From an uncultured bacterium (lineage in GTDB: Bacteria; Verrucomicrobiota; Verrucomicrobiia; Verrucomicrobiales; DEV007): a stretch of DNA of 64,000 nt. Under the pieces are notes generated by a model. The model was not told the DNA's origin. It did not search any database and saw only the letters and a program-made list of their open reading frames with translations. Positions 47,864-57,574 of the stretch are shown piece after piece; position 1 is the stretch's first letter; each line of letters begins with the position of its first letter. Both the position numbers and the translations under genes were made by a program. Location: assembly GCA_963977015.1 (NCBI GenBank), contig CAXBMO010000002.1, positions 352,001-416,000 on the forward strand, written 5' to 3'.

Positions 47864-50800
47864 TCACCCGCCGAGAGAGCGAATGTAGAGAACCAGGGAC
47901 TCCAGCTGTTCTTCGTTGAGAACGCCCTCGTAGATTGGCATGCCGGCTTCGCCCGTGACGGCTCCTTCGGCGATTTTGGCGGCGGGATTGAGGATCGATT
48001 CGCGAAGCCAGGCTTCATCCGCGGTAACCGTTTCACCGGATCCAACAATTTTGCGCTTGAGACCGAACAGGTTCTTCCAGGTTGGACCGCTTTTGCCTTC
48101 CATCGTGCCATCGATGGAATGGCAGGCCACACAACCAAGCTGAGTGTAGAGCAGCTGCCCCTTTTCCGCGGTCGGCGTCATGGGAGCTTTGGCGATGACC
48201 ACGCCTTCCGAGGTAAGGTCCACTTCGTTATCCGCGAAGCCTAGTTGGGTGAGGTCGACGTTGCGCAGGAGATGCGCGGTAAGGAACGTCTGATGGGAAA
48301 TTGGAGTTTCGTCCGCAGCGGCGAGGTCGTAGCTGACTTCCAGCTGCATCACCTCGCGCATGTTCGGGATACCGAGAAAAACACTGCGCTTGTCGTTGGA
48401 GAGTTTGGCGGACGCGACCACGAGATCTTCGGTGCCCGGAGTTCCATCCAGTTTCAGGTTGGGCGATCCGTAGGCTTTCGTCCGCTGGTAATTCCAACGG
48501 CGAACGCCGTATGATTCGGTCGCTGAGGCAGACTCACTCAATGGCGAATCGAAGGTGAGGAGGATGCCGCGTTGTTCGACCCGCGCCGAAGCCGGGACCG
48601 TCCAGGTTCTGCTCGTGTCAGGACGAATTCGCCCAAACCAGGAAACCTCCGTCGCGCTGGTTCCCCAGATCTGAAATCCGGTGAGGTAGAGCAATCCATC
48701 GGCCGGATTCACAGCGCCTTTCAACAGCGGAGCGTTGAGGCTGACCGGCAATTCGGTAACGCCGCCCTGGGAAATGACATCATCGATATCCGTGTGAACC
48801 GCGAAGAGTTTCGGTGGATGATAGGATAGCAGAACCGCGTGATCGTTCAGGCCGCCCATCTGTGTGCCGCGCATCCAGACGAGGGAGGTGGACGAAGCGC
48901 AAGTTTGATGAGGGATCCAGGTGAGGGGCGGTGTGACGGGACGCTGGTTGTCCGCTTCGATTCCCGGGTGGCCGTAGAACGCACCCTGCTGAGCGAAGAT
49001 GACGGGCGTCGACGGAACCCAGTTTCCCTGCTGATCAGAAACTCCAATCGCGCCCGTTTTCGGGTCGTGCCCGAGGAACGGCTGGCGGAGCCCACGCGCC
49101 ACTTCGGTCACCGTTTTCCCATCCGGCGAAATCCGCAGGATGCTCCCGGAGGCGTTGCTGGACGCATTCTGGGCGGGCTTGCAAACGAGGAAACTGCCAT
49201 CGGCTTCCACTTCGATGGCTGAGGCGTATTCGCGAGTTTCGGCCGTCTGCACGATCTGTGAACAGAACAGTTCGTGGTAGTCGGCCTCGCCATTTTCATC
49301 GCGATCGACCAGCTGCCAGATTCCATTTCGATCGAACACGAACAGTTCGCCGTCGCGAACGCGGAGACCCTGCGGTTCGTGCAGCCCCGAGGTGAAACGA
49401 CTCCAGACGATTTCCTTCGAACCCGGTTTCAAACCGTCAGCCAGCCAGACGTCGCCGTCGAAGGTGACCATCGCGAGCCGACCGTCCGGGAAGAAGTCGA
49501 TCCCCGCTCCGCGAACGGCGCGATCCCACGGGTTCTCGATGGGGAGCGGGATCTGTTCGACATTCAGAGCGCTCTCCGTTGGTGAGTTCGGCAGGGGAAT
49601 TCGCACGGATTCCGGCCAACGTCGTTTTGCAACTGATGGAGCTGGCGCCGGCTTGATCGCGGCCTCCGGTTTGAAGAGAATGGTCGTCTTCCCGGTCGTT
49701 TCAGAAGCGGGAATTCGACACACGAGATTGAATCCCATGCGTTGAAGTGTCCCGGCTCCGCGAACTTCGAACTTCGCCGGATCCGCCGCCCGGGTGCTGA
49801 CCAGCAGATCAATCGTCTGATCGTGCGGCGCGACTTCGATCTGACGCTCCACGCCTTCCTTCGTCAGACGGAACTGTTCCCGGCAACGAGTGTCCCCCAC
49901 TTCGTATTCGATCGCGCCGCCATCCTTCAAATCGACGCCGAGAAACCGCGCCAACTGCGGATCAAGACCACCGCGGCCGACCTCCTTTTCATTGGGCTGC
50001 AACGGGCGGGGATCCCGCATGTCCGCGGGGACCGACAGCAGGTGATTTTCGAATCCCGGACCACTCCAGGTAGCCAACAAGGACTGTCCGCCAGCAAATT
50101 CGGTGAAGTCGACGCGGATCGGATGCTCGCCCGCCTCCAAATGAATCGTTGCCGGCGAGTCCGGGCCGTTGCCGACGACCCGTTCATCGTTGATGAACAA
50201 GTTTGCCCGATCGTCGGCGACCAACCCGAAGGTGTAGTCGCCCGTCTCCGGCACGTCGAGCCAACCCTCGAAGTTCATCAAATAGTGGTCTGCCACTTCC
50301 GTCACGTCCACATCCATCAACCCGTGTGGCAGTGATCCCTTCCCGGACGGCGGCTCCTTGCTTTTGATCACTCGCGGATCTCTCGTTCCCTCCCAGGCCT
50401 GCCAGGTCAGATCTCGAATCCCGCGATTGTCCGGGGATACATTCGGATACCGGTGAACTCCCGGATGGATGCCGCTTCCGAACCACAGATCGCCAATCGG
50501 CGTGGGGAGAGATTTCTGCCCCATTCCCACCTTCTTCAGCATATAGGGATAACTGTTAACCGACATGCTGGCATTCCGAAACGGTTCGCCCGCCGCCTGC
50601 CATACCGCGGCGACCCGAAGCAGATCCACATCCCAGGCCAGGTAGACATCCTGCCCTAACGGAAACACCAAAGCGCGCGGAGCACGAGTTCCCCGAGAAT
50701 CCACGACGCAGGAGAAGAACGGCATTTCGCCCTCAATCCAACGCTCCCACGGTCCCTTTGGAGTCTGTTCGGCAAACTTCGCCGGGCGTCCGTAAATCCG

Positions 50801-51481
50801 GACATCGTCAAAATCATTCATGTCATCAAACGAACCGATTCCAATCCTGCCCGTCCCAAAGGTTTCGTCTTTCACCGCCATGTGCGGCTTCTCCATGTCA
50901 TCGAAGTAGACCTCGATTGTTCCCGCCGCGGAATCACGAACGACTTTCACCTCATGCCAGTCATCCGTCCACGGCGTCTCCCGAGTGTTGCTGGTGATCG
51001 CGACGCGCGGTTCATCATTCACAATCATGATTTGGCCCGCGACCGGGTCCGGCTTCGCGCCAAGGTGAACGTAGTAGAAATTCTGAGCGTCCTGATGCCC
51101 AAAGAACACGCAGCAGTCGCGATGGTTTCCGGTGTCGTTTGTGCTCCGAACCCGGAACGTCATGACAAAGTCACCAACTTTCAACTCCTTCACCAAGGCG
51201 ATGTGGAAGGGACTACGCACAGCCGGTTTGTAGTCGCTGTTGCGCCGGTTGATCCCGAACACGTGGTTTCCATCCACATCGCGATGGGTCCAACTGACTT
51301 CGTCCGTCACCTCCCAACGGTCGCGACCGCTTTCGAAATCATCGGAAAACACCAGCGGCAGTCCGTTCATGGAGTCCGGTTGCTGAGCTAGGGAAATGGA
51401 CGAGCAGACGAGGAAGCAGGGCAGAATCAGATTCACCATCTGGATGCGGAAACGTTGTAGGGTTTGAAAAGCGGGGTTCAT
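47864..51481 (-). CDS. Exported multidomain c-type cytochrome: ConA/DUF1080-like, DUF6797-like, PA14, sugar-dehydrogenase-like beta-propeller, C-terminal cytochrome c
   Basis: LAWDVDLLRVAAVW; PA14-like FEGWLDVPETGDYTFGLVADD; SGLHEPQGL, RGLRQP and DQQGNWVP; CVACH...GPTWKNLFG...RESILNP...MP. Confidence 0.8.
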   Translation of the reverse strand: MNPAFQTLQRFRIQMVNLILPCFLVCSSISLAQQPDSMNGLPLVFSDDFESGRDRWEVTDEVSWTHRDVDGNHVFGINRRNSDYKPAVRSPFHIALVKELKVGDFVMTFRVRSTNDTGNHRDCCVFFGHQDAQNFYYVHLGAKPDPVAGQIMIVNDEPRVAITSNTRETPWTDDWHEVKVVRDSAAGTIEVYFDDMEKPHMAVKDETFGTGRIGIGSFDDMNDFDDVRIYGRPAKFAEQTPKGPWERWIEGEMPFFSCVVDSRGTRAPRALVFPLGQDVYLAWDVDLLRVAAVWQAAGEPFRNASMSVNSYPYMLKKVGMGQKSLPTPIGDLWFGSGIHPGVHRYPNVSPDNRGIRDLTWQAWEGTRDPRVIKSKEPPSGKGSLPHGLMDVDVTEVADHYLMNFEGWLDVPETGDYTFGLVADDRANLFINDERVVGNGPDSPATIHLEAGEHPIRVDFTEFAGGQSLLATWSGPGFENHLLSVPADMRDPRPLQPNEKEVGRGGLDPQLARFLGVDLKDGGAIEYEVGDTRCREQFRLTKEGVERQIEVAPHDQTIDLLVSTRAADPAKFEVRGAGTLQRMGFNLVCRIPASETTGKTTILFKPEAAIKPAPAPSVAKRRWPESVRIPLPNSPTESALNVEQIPLPIENPWDRAVRGAGIDFFPDGRLAMVTFDGDVWLADGLKPGSKEIVWSRFTSGLHEPQGLRVRDGELFVFDRNGIWQLVDRDENGEADYHELFCSQIVQTAETREYASAIEVEADGSFLVCKPAQNASSNASGSILRISPDGKTVTEVARGLRQPFLGHDPKTGAIGVSDQQGNWVPSTPVIFAQQGAFYGHPGIEADNQRPVTPPLTWIPHQTCASSTSLVWMRGTQMGGLNDHAVLLSYHPPKLFAVHTDIDDVISQGGVTELPVSLNAPLLKGAVNPADGLLYLTGFQIWGTSATEVSWFGRIRPDTSRTWTVPASARVEQRGILLTFDSPLSESASATESYGVRRWNYQRTKAYGSPNLKLDGTPGTEDLVVASAKLSNDKRSVFLGIPNMREVMQLEVSYDLAAADETPISHQTFLTAHLLRNVDLTQLGFADNEVDLTSEGVVIAKAPMTPTAEKGQLLYTQLGCVACHSIDGTMEGKSGPTWKNLFGLKRKIVGSGETVTADEAWLRESILNPAAKIAEGAVTGEAGMPIYEGVLNEEQLESLVLYIRSLGG

Positions 51482-51541
51482 AAAAAGCTGACCGAGGTCT
51501 AGGGAGAGGGGACAAAAGGCGTGATTGGGTCGTGTGGAGCG

Positions 51542-53974
51542 CTATCGTTTTTGGAGAAGATCAGACAGCGCTACCGCACGGACGATATCCTCAACCCGGT
51601 AGTTACTCTTCTCAGCCTCGACCAGGATGGCGTCGAGGTCATCCTGGTCGTCAAAAGTGAGCACGCGACGAAGGGCGTAGGTGCTAAGATGTTCGATGAA
51701 AGCCCGTGCAACCTTGTCACGGTCCTCGAGCAGGCGCTGCTTGAACTCATTGGCATCCTTGAACGGACGTCCATCGGGCATCACCCCGGTCGCATCGACC
51801 AACGGATTCGGCCCCTTGCCGGTCGGGACCAGCTCATGGGTGCGCCATTGGCCAATCGCATCGTATTGATCCCAGGCAAAGCCCAGAGGATCGATGTTCG
51901 CATGGCAGGACGCGCAGTTCGCGTCGGTGGCGTGCACTTCCAGTCTCTGGCGGACGGTCACCTTGTCACCTTGAGGCGGAACGGGCTCGATCGGATCCAC
52001 GTTTGCCGGCGGAGGCGGCGGCGTCTTGTTGAGAATCGCTTCACTGAGCCAGACACCGCGGTGAACCGGGCGATGGCGGGTGCCGTCCGAAGTCAGCCCG
52101 AGCACGGCGCCCATTGTCAGGAGGCCGCCGCGCTTGTTCTCCGGCTGGAGCGAGACGCGCTGAAAGTCGCCGGTCTTCGGCTCCGGCAGTCCGTAAAAAT
52201 CACAGAGCCGGGCGTTCACCATGGTCCAGTCGGAATCGAGGAAATTATCGATCGGCAGGTTCTTCGTCAGCATCTCGCGGAAAAACTCCACCGGCTCGGC
52301 CCGCATGCTCGCCTCGAGCCAGTCGTCATAGGCCGGGTAGAGCTTCTTGTCGGGCGGGAACATGCCCACGCGATGCAGTTGCAGCCATTGCCGCGAGAAG
52401 TCGTCGATGAAGCGATTGATTCGCTTGTCGGTCAGCATTCGGTCCACTTCTTTTCGCAACCCGTCGCCATTCAGCGAGCCGCCTTTGGCCGCGTCGAAGA
52501 GACCGGCATCCGGCATGGAACTCCAGAGGAAATACGAGAGCCGCGAGGCGAGTTCCCACTCGGTGATTCGTTCGCGAGCCTCGGGATCGCCCTCGACCAG
52601 GTAGATGAAGTGTCTCGAGGTCAGCACTCGCAGCATTGCCCCGCGCCAAGCATTGGCCGCCGTTTCGCCCGCCTCGCGATCGGCGTGATAGGAATCCAGA
52701 TAGCCTTTCAACTCCTCCTGCTTCACCGGCCGCCGCCAGGAGCGTTCGGCGAAGCGTTGCAGATGCTCCGCGACCACTTCGGGAGTCGCATCATCGGGAG
52801 GCAGCAAGCCATTGCGGCGGGACTTTTCGGCGTCCGATACCAACGGCCCCTCCCATTCGACCCAATCGAGGATCACCGTCGAAAAGATCCCGTTGCCTTT
52901 TTGATCAAACATCTGCGGGGCATTCGGATTCAGGAGCTGGGTTTCGCTGCTGTGGGTGAAAATGTATCCACCCCGGCTGGCGAGCGCATTGCGGAAGGCG
53001 GCTCCGGCTCTTCGGTCGACCACATCGGTGGCGACCACCGCGCAATGCAGGGTCGTCGGCATTTCGAGAAATACTTCAAACTCATAAACCTGCGGACTGT
53101 CTTCGGGGGCTGTGATGTCGAATTCGATGAGCCCCTCCACATTCTCCTCACTGGTCTTCATGCCGATACTGAGGTGGGCCGGTTGGCCGCCCGGTGGACG
53201 AATTCCACTGGCCTGAAGGCGAAGCTTATAGAGTCCGCTGTGTTCCGGTCCGGTCTTTCCAAACCAGTTGGAGGACAGCGCGGGCTGGACTCGACCGGGA
53301 AAAAGAAGATACCGCAGCGGTCGCTTGATGCCGAACCGGTCCAGCGCTTCCTGCTGTTTCTCCCCGCCGCTGTAACGCAACTCTGCCGCTGTCTTGTGGA
53401 TTTTGCGAGCCTCGCTGGTCGTGGCCGGGAACGCGCGGTCGAGCACGATATCCGCCGCGCGGTAGTAGCGATCCACATGCGAAGGCGAGAGCGACAGCTC
53501 GGATCCGATTCGCTCAAACCCATGCCAGAGGGTGTCTTCATTCAACTCCCCCGGTTTGGCCGGATCGTAGCGCACGCCGAGCAGATCATAGACCGTGTTC
53601 TGATACTCCTTCCGGCTCAGGCGATAATGCGCCACCGCCGGTCGCGCCGCCATCCGTGCCGCCTTGCCCTCCTTGATGCGCGCATCAAGAGTGGTAATAA
53701 ACGCTTCGATCTCCTCCTGGGTCAGTTGCTTCTTGGGCGGCATATCGCCGGAATTGACTTGCTCAATCACTTCCGCCCAATGGTGCGTATCCACGCCCTG
53801 CTTAAAGTCGCGCGAGAGTTGGTCGATCCGCAGATCTCCCTTTTCTTTTTCGGGACCGTGGCAACGAATGCAATTCTCTTCGAGGAAGGACTCGAACGAC
53901 GCTGGCTCCTGGGCCACAACCGGAGCAATCAACACGGAGACAATGAAACAAATGCGGAACATGAAAGGGTTCAT
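51542..53974 (-). CDS. DUF1592 domain protein (planctomycete cytochrome c, DUF1587/1595/1592/1588/1585)
   Basis: [55 protein letters not shown]...DPLGFA. Confidence 0.93.
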   Translation of the reverse strand: MNPFMFRICFIVSVLIAPVVAQEPASFESFLEENCIRCHGPEKEKGDLRIDQLSRDFKQGVDTHHWAEVIEQVNSGDMPPKKQLTQEEIEAFITTLDARIKEGKAARMAARPAVAHYRLSRKEYQNTVYDLLGVRYDPAKPGELNEDTLWHGFERIGSELSLSPSHVDRYYRAADIVLDRAFPATTSEARKIHKTAAELRYSGGEKQQEALDRFGIKRPLRYLLFPGRVQPALSSNWFGKTGPEHSGLYKLRLQASGIRPPGGQPAHLSIGMKTSEENVEGLIEFDITAPEDSPQVYEFEVFLEMPTTLHCAVVATDVVDRRAGAAFRNALASRGGYIFTHSSETQLLNPNAPQMFDQKGNGIFSTVILDWVEWEGPLVSDAEKSRRNGLLPPDDATPEVVAEHLQRFAERSWRRPVKQEELKGYLDSYHADREAGETAANAWRGAMLRVLTSRHFIYLVEGDPEARERITEWELASRLSYFLWSSMPDAGLFDAAKGGSLNGDGLRKEVDRMLTDKRINRFIDDFSRQWLQLHRVGMFPPDKKLYPAYDDWLEASMRAEPVEFFREMLTKNLPIDNFLDSDWTMVNARLCDFYGLPEPKTGDFQRVSLQPENKRGGLLTMGAVLGLTSDGTRHRPVHRGVWLSEAILNKTPPPPPANVDPIEPVPPQGDKVTVRQRLEVHATDANCASCHANIDPLGFAWDQYDAIGQWRTHELVPTGKGPNPLVDATGVMPDGRPFKDANEFKQRLLEDRDKVARAFIEHLSTYALRRVLTFDDQDDLDAILVEAEKSNYRVEDIVRAVALSDLLQKR

Positions 53975-54245
53975 CAAAAAGAGACAGTGGTTTCCTGAGA
54001 AATGACGATCAATGTCGCCGTCGGAGTTTGAAAAAATAGCCAAAGCGCGATGAGGTTTCCCATCTCTTACGTTGGGAAAAGCGAGGCTGTCAACTTTGCC
54101 GGTTTCACTTTTCGGTGTCACCAGATGTGGGTCGCGCGACTCTTCCTTTCTGCTTTCCGACGCCCAAATCCGCAATCGAGCAAAAACCCACCGCGTTGTC
54201 GATCACCACAGCGAGAACTCAATCGGAAAGAAGGCATCCAACGGC

Positions 54246-57200
54246 TTAATCATCGCGCAAGCTGGCGTGCTCTGGACTGCCGCCAGCCAGATAACCGCCG
54301 CTTTTGCCGGAGGCATCTCCGCTTACCCAAAAAGAGTAGAGGGAGCCGTTGCTCAGAGTGAAGCGCAGTTTGACCGGTTTTCCGGATAGGGTCGCGAGAT
54401 CATTGGCGCCCTGCCAGCGCAGTTCGGTTTTTGTTTGGTCCGCGCTTACCGGAATGCAGTTTTCGGCAGTGAAGGGCTCGATCACCTTCCCATCATCACC
54501 CACAATTTCGGCGATGAGTTTCCCTTCCGGCGCATCGACATTGACGAAGAGGTGTTTTCCGGAAAATCGAATCGGTCGCGTCTCCAATTCCCCACCCTCA
54601 GCAGACGCGTCCATGGAAGCAAAACCATCCCGGCGCAGACGCGCGATGCCCATGGAGGCGTTGGCATACATGCCGTTTGTGGTGACGTCGAAACCCTTTC
54701 CTTTTCGCGCGGGATCCCCGGCAAAACCGGTGTAGTAAAACCACAGTTCATCCTCCATCACGAGACAAAGCGCCGCATTGGAATGGAGATAGGCCCGGTC
54801 CCAGGTTCCCGCTTTTTTCGCGCCGGGAATGAACGGCGTCCTGTCACCAGAGCGTGACCAGTGGAAGCCGTCGCGACTGAACCCGAGATGGATTTCGGTC
54901 ATCTTCGGCACGCCTTCCGCCGCGCAGAAATGGTTCTCCGGCCCGGTCATGATGGTGAACGCCCCGAGCATGAGCGACTCGTAGGCCACGGCGTCGAAAT
55001 TATAGAGCGCGGGCTCTTTGACCGGTCCATCGCGATCGGGAAACGCGTAGAAATGACTCTCGGCCGGGAGATCGAGATTGTCGGTCCGCAGCCATTTGAC
55101 GCGATTTTTCAAACCGGCTCCTTTCAGGAAATCCGGCGACTCCGCGTATTCGCGACTGCGGCGACTCCAGTTTGAGCGAAGGCTGTAAACCCACACTTTC
55201 CGAAAGGGATTGTAGAAGATCGTGGAGCGGTCGCCGCTCCCGCCCCAGTGGATTCCGGTGCTCCAGTCAATGCCGTCTTCGGAAACATGCAGAAATCCGC
55301 CTTTTGGCCTTCCCCAGACCAGCATTTTATAGCGTTCACCACCCATGGGAGCGTCGGGATCCATGACAACGGCGGCGGAGTCACGCTCTCCTTCAGCGCG
55401 AACCACACGATTGGTTCCCGGTTCGACCTCGAGATCGGGGCGGGTCCAGTTGATGCCGTCGACACTCGTTGCGAAAGCCGTGCCATCGAACCAACCGGCA
55501 CAGTACCAGGCTTTGAAAAGCTTGTCGGAACCATCATACCAGACTCCGCCACTGAACGGGGCGGCCATCGACGTGTGACCGCTTTTTTCGGCACGTTCGA
55601 GGGATGTCTCCGGCTTCAGGACCGAATTGCGTGGATCTTTTTTTGCGTTGTGCCAGGTGCGGGTGAGCGAGGTTTCAGCAATGAGAAAATCGTCGACGAA
55701 AAGTTGGCGGCCCAGATCGACGGGGATCACGTCCGGCGGATTTTCGAGGTAGGGAACCGGCAGCGGATCCTCCCCATAGGCGGCCATGTCCGTCCGGTCG
55801 CGGGGATCGGATTCGATTTCGATGCCGTTGTAAAGCGTCACGGGGTTCAGGTTCTCACCCGGAGCGGCAGGGCGGGAATCCGGCGCGAAACCCAGCAGGA
55901 CGCACCATTTTCCGTAGTCGAGCTGTTCCCCCGGTTCGACCTGCTTCCGATAGATCCGAACCCGGTCGATGGCGTTTTTTCCGAAGAGTTGAAAATCCGC
56001 GATTTCGGTTACCCGCTCGAATCCTTCCTCTTCCAGCTCCTCCGCGATGGAGGCCGCTCCTTCGATTTCGGGATCCGGCGTCAGGACGGTGAGCAATCCG
56101 CCTTCCAAAACGATGGCCCGTGTGTTCGTGATGGAATGACGCAGAAATCGCAGCCCCTCAAGTTCCTTCGGGCATTCCGCGAGAGTGTAGGTGCGATCGT
56201 TGAACAAGGTTACGCCTTGTTGAAACACATCCGACTCCGAATCCGGCGATCCGAACCGCAATGTCGCGAGTTCGTCCTTCCCGGCTGCCAACGCATCGGT
56301 CTCCACAAGCGTGAAACGGGTGTTCATCACGGAATGCTTTTCGGGGCCTTCCCTGTACTTGAGATAAGTCGTAGCAATGATCGTCCCGTCAGGCAGCAGC
56401 TCGAGGTCGGAATAGCCACAATCGAAATTCCCCTGGCCCGGCTTATCCGTATCGTTGCGGATGGCGTTGTGAAAAAGCTTGATGCGGTAGTCGCCCGGTT
56501 CACCGGCGAGGATGTTTTCGAAACGTCCCACCCAGGCGACGTAGTGACCGTAGGCTGGGCTGCTTTTTGCCATGTCCCGGAATGCGACGACAAGACGTCC
56601 ATCAGGAGCGATCTTCGCGACATGGCGATCGCCGGTGAGGGCGGCGGGTAGTTCTTTCGGCTCGCTCCAGGTCTTCGCACCGTCCCGGCTGACCGAGAAC
56701 ATGGACTGGTATTTGCGGCTGTTTTCCCGCAACAGCATGAGGTGGGTTTTCCCGTCGACAGAACGGATCACACAGGGCTGGGACCATCGCTCCGGGAGAG
56801 CGAGAATTTTGCGACTTCCGCTCCAGGTCAAGCCGCCGTCGAGGGACTCGCTCTGGACGACGAATCCCGGCAAATCGCTCCACATCACGAGGCGCGTTCC
56901 CGCGTCGAACGAGAGAATCGTCTTCGGCGGGACTTCGCCTTCAACGCCGTTCGGAGCCATCGGCGTCCAGGTTTTTCCCTCGTCCTCCGAATAAGCCTGG
57001 TGCATCGGATAGGGCGGCTTGCCTTTGCGGCTCCAGTCGAGACCATCCGCGAAACAGAACAACCGCGCCGTGCCATCGGGCGCAACGAGACGATGCAACG
57101 CGGGCGTGTTCGAGGTTTCCGCCCAATTATCGGGAACGTCGAGCGGTTCGCTCCAGGTGCGTCCGGCATCTGAGCTCTTCGCGATCGGCCCGATCCATCG

Positions 57201-57458
57201 CGCATGGCCGAGACACCAGGCGGTGAACATCGTCTTGCCATCGGGCAGCAGAACCGTGTCGCAGTGCCCCTGGTAGACCGTTTCCGTGCCGGCGGCGACG
57301 ACCGAGTGTCTTTCCCGATCCGCCGAAAGATCCACAAGCGGCAGGTTGATCGTGTGCGGCACTCCGGGCGAGGATCCCTTGAACTCGGGAAGGTCGGCGG
57401 CAACGGAGGTGGTGATGTCAGCCAGGAGTATCGCAACAAGGAAGGATTTATAATGCAT
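54246..57458 (-). CDS. Exported BNR/sialidase-like propeller fused to a GH32/GH-J-like propeller
   Basis: Asp-boxes SSDAGRTW, SEDEGKTW, SLDGGLTW and SRDGAKTW; DCGYS; second half RQLFVDD, SVDGINW, SRDGFHW and LRRDGFASM. Confidence 0.8.
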   Translation of the reverse strand: MHYKSFLVAILLADITTSVAADLPEFKGSSPGVPHTINLPLVDLSADRERHSVVAAGTETVYQGHCDTVLLPDGKTMFTAWCLGHARWIGPIAKSSDAGRTWSEPLDVPDNWAETSNTPALHRLVAPDGTARLFCFADGLDWSRKGKPPYPMHQAYSEDEGKTWTPMAPNGVEGEVPPKTILSFDAGTRLVMWSDLPGFVVQSESLDGGLTWSGSRKILALPERWSQPCVIRSVDGKTHLMLLRENSRKYQSMFSVSRDGAKTWSEPKELPAALTGDRHVAKIAPDGRLVVAFRDMAKSSPAYGHYVAWVGRFENILAGEPGDYRIKLFHNAIRNDTDKPGQGNFDCGYSDLELLPDGTIIATTYLKYREGPEKHSVMNTRFTLVETDALAAGKDELATLRFGSPDSESDVFQQGVTLFNDRTYTLAECPKELEGLRFLRHSITNTRAIVLEGGLLTVLTPDPEIEGAASIAEELEEEGFERVTEIADFQLFGKNAIDRVRIYRKQVEPGEQLDYGKWCVLLGFAPDSRPAAPGENLNPVTLYNGIEIESDPRDRTDMAAYGEDPLPVPYLENPPDVIPVDLGRQLFVDDFLIAETSLTRTWHNAKKDPRNSVLKPETSLERAEKSGHTSMAAPFSGGVWYDGSDKLFKAWYCAGWFDGTAFATSVDGINWTRPDLEVEPGTNRVVRAEGERDSAAVVMDPDAPMGGERYKMLVWGRPKGGFLHVSEDGIDWSTGIHWGGSGDRSTIFYNPFRKVWVYSLRSNWSRRSREYAESPDFLKGAGLKNRVKWLRTDNLDLPAESHFYAFPDRDGPVKEPALYNFDAVAYESLMLGAFTIMTGPENHFCAAEGVPKMTEIHLGFSRDGFHWSRSGDRTPFIPGAKKAGTWDRAYLHSNAALCLVMEDELWFYYTGFAGDPARKGKGFDVTTNGMYANASMGIARLRRDGFASMDASAEGGELETRPIRFSGKHLFVNVDAPEGKLIAEIVGDDGKVIEPFTAENCIPVSADQTKTELRWQGANDLATLSGKPVKLRFTLSNGSLYSFWVSGDASGKSGGYLAGGSPEHASLRDD

Positions 57459-57491
57459 GGAATTGAGACTCTATGACCTGGTTCAGGGTCG

Positions 57492-57531
57492 CTCGATATC
57501 GAATTCGTGAGATTGCCATGTTATTGTAACA
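57492..57531. promoter_or_regulatory. Operator-like box (TGTTA-ttg-TAACA), copy upstream of the sialidase/GH gene
   Basis: ATGTTATTGTAACA is identical to 63294-63307; 31/40 nt identical to 63268-63307 without gaps. Confidence 0.7.
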
Positions 57532-57574
57532 ATTTTCCGAAACCACAGCCGGATTGATCGCGAACTCACGGAAC

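Noticed and set aside
51521-53998. 825-aa plus-strand ORF
   Set aside because: Antisense shadow of the DUF1592 gene; no motifs, expected from high-GC codon bias.
55248-56651. 467-aa plus-strand ORF
   Set aside because: Antisense to the sialidase/GH gene.
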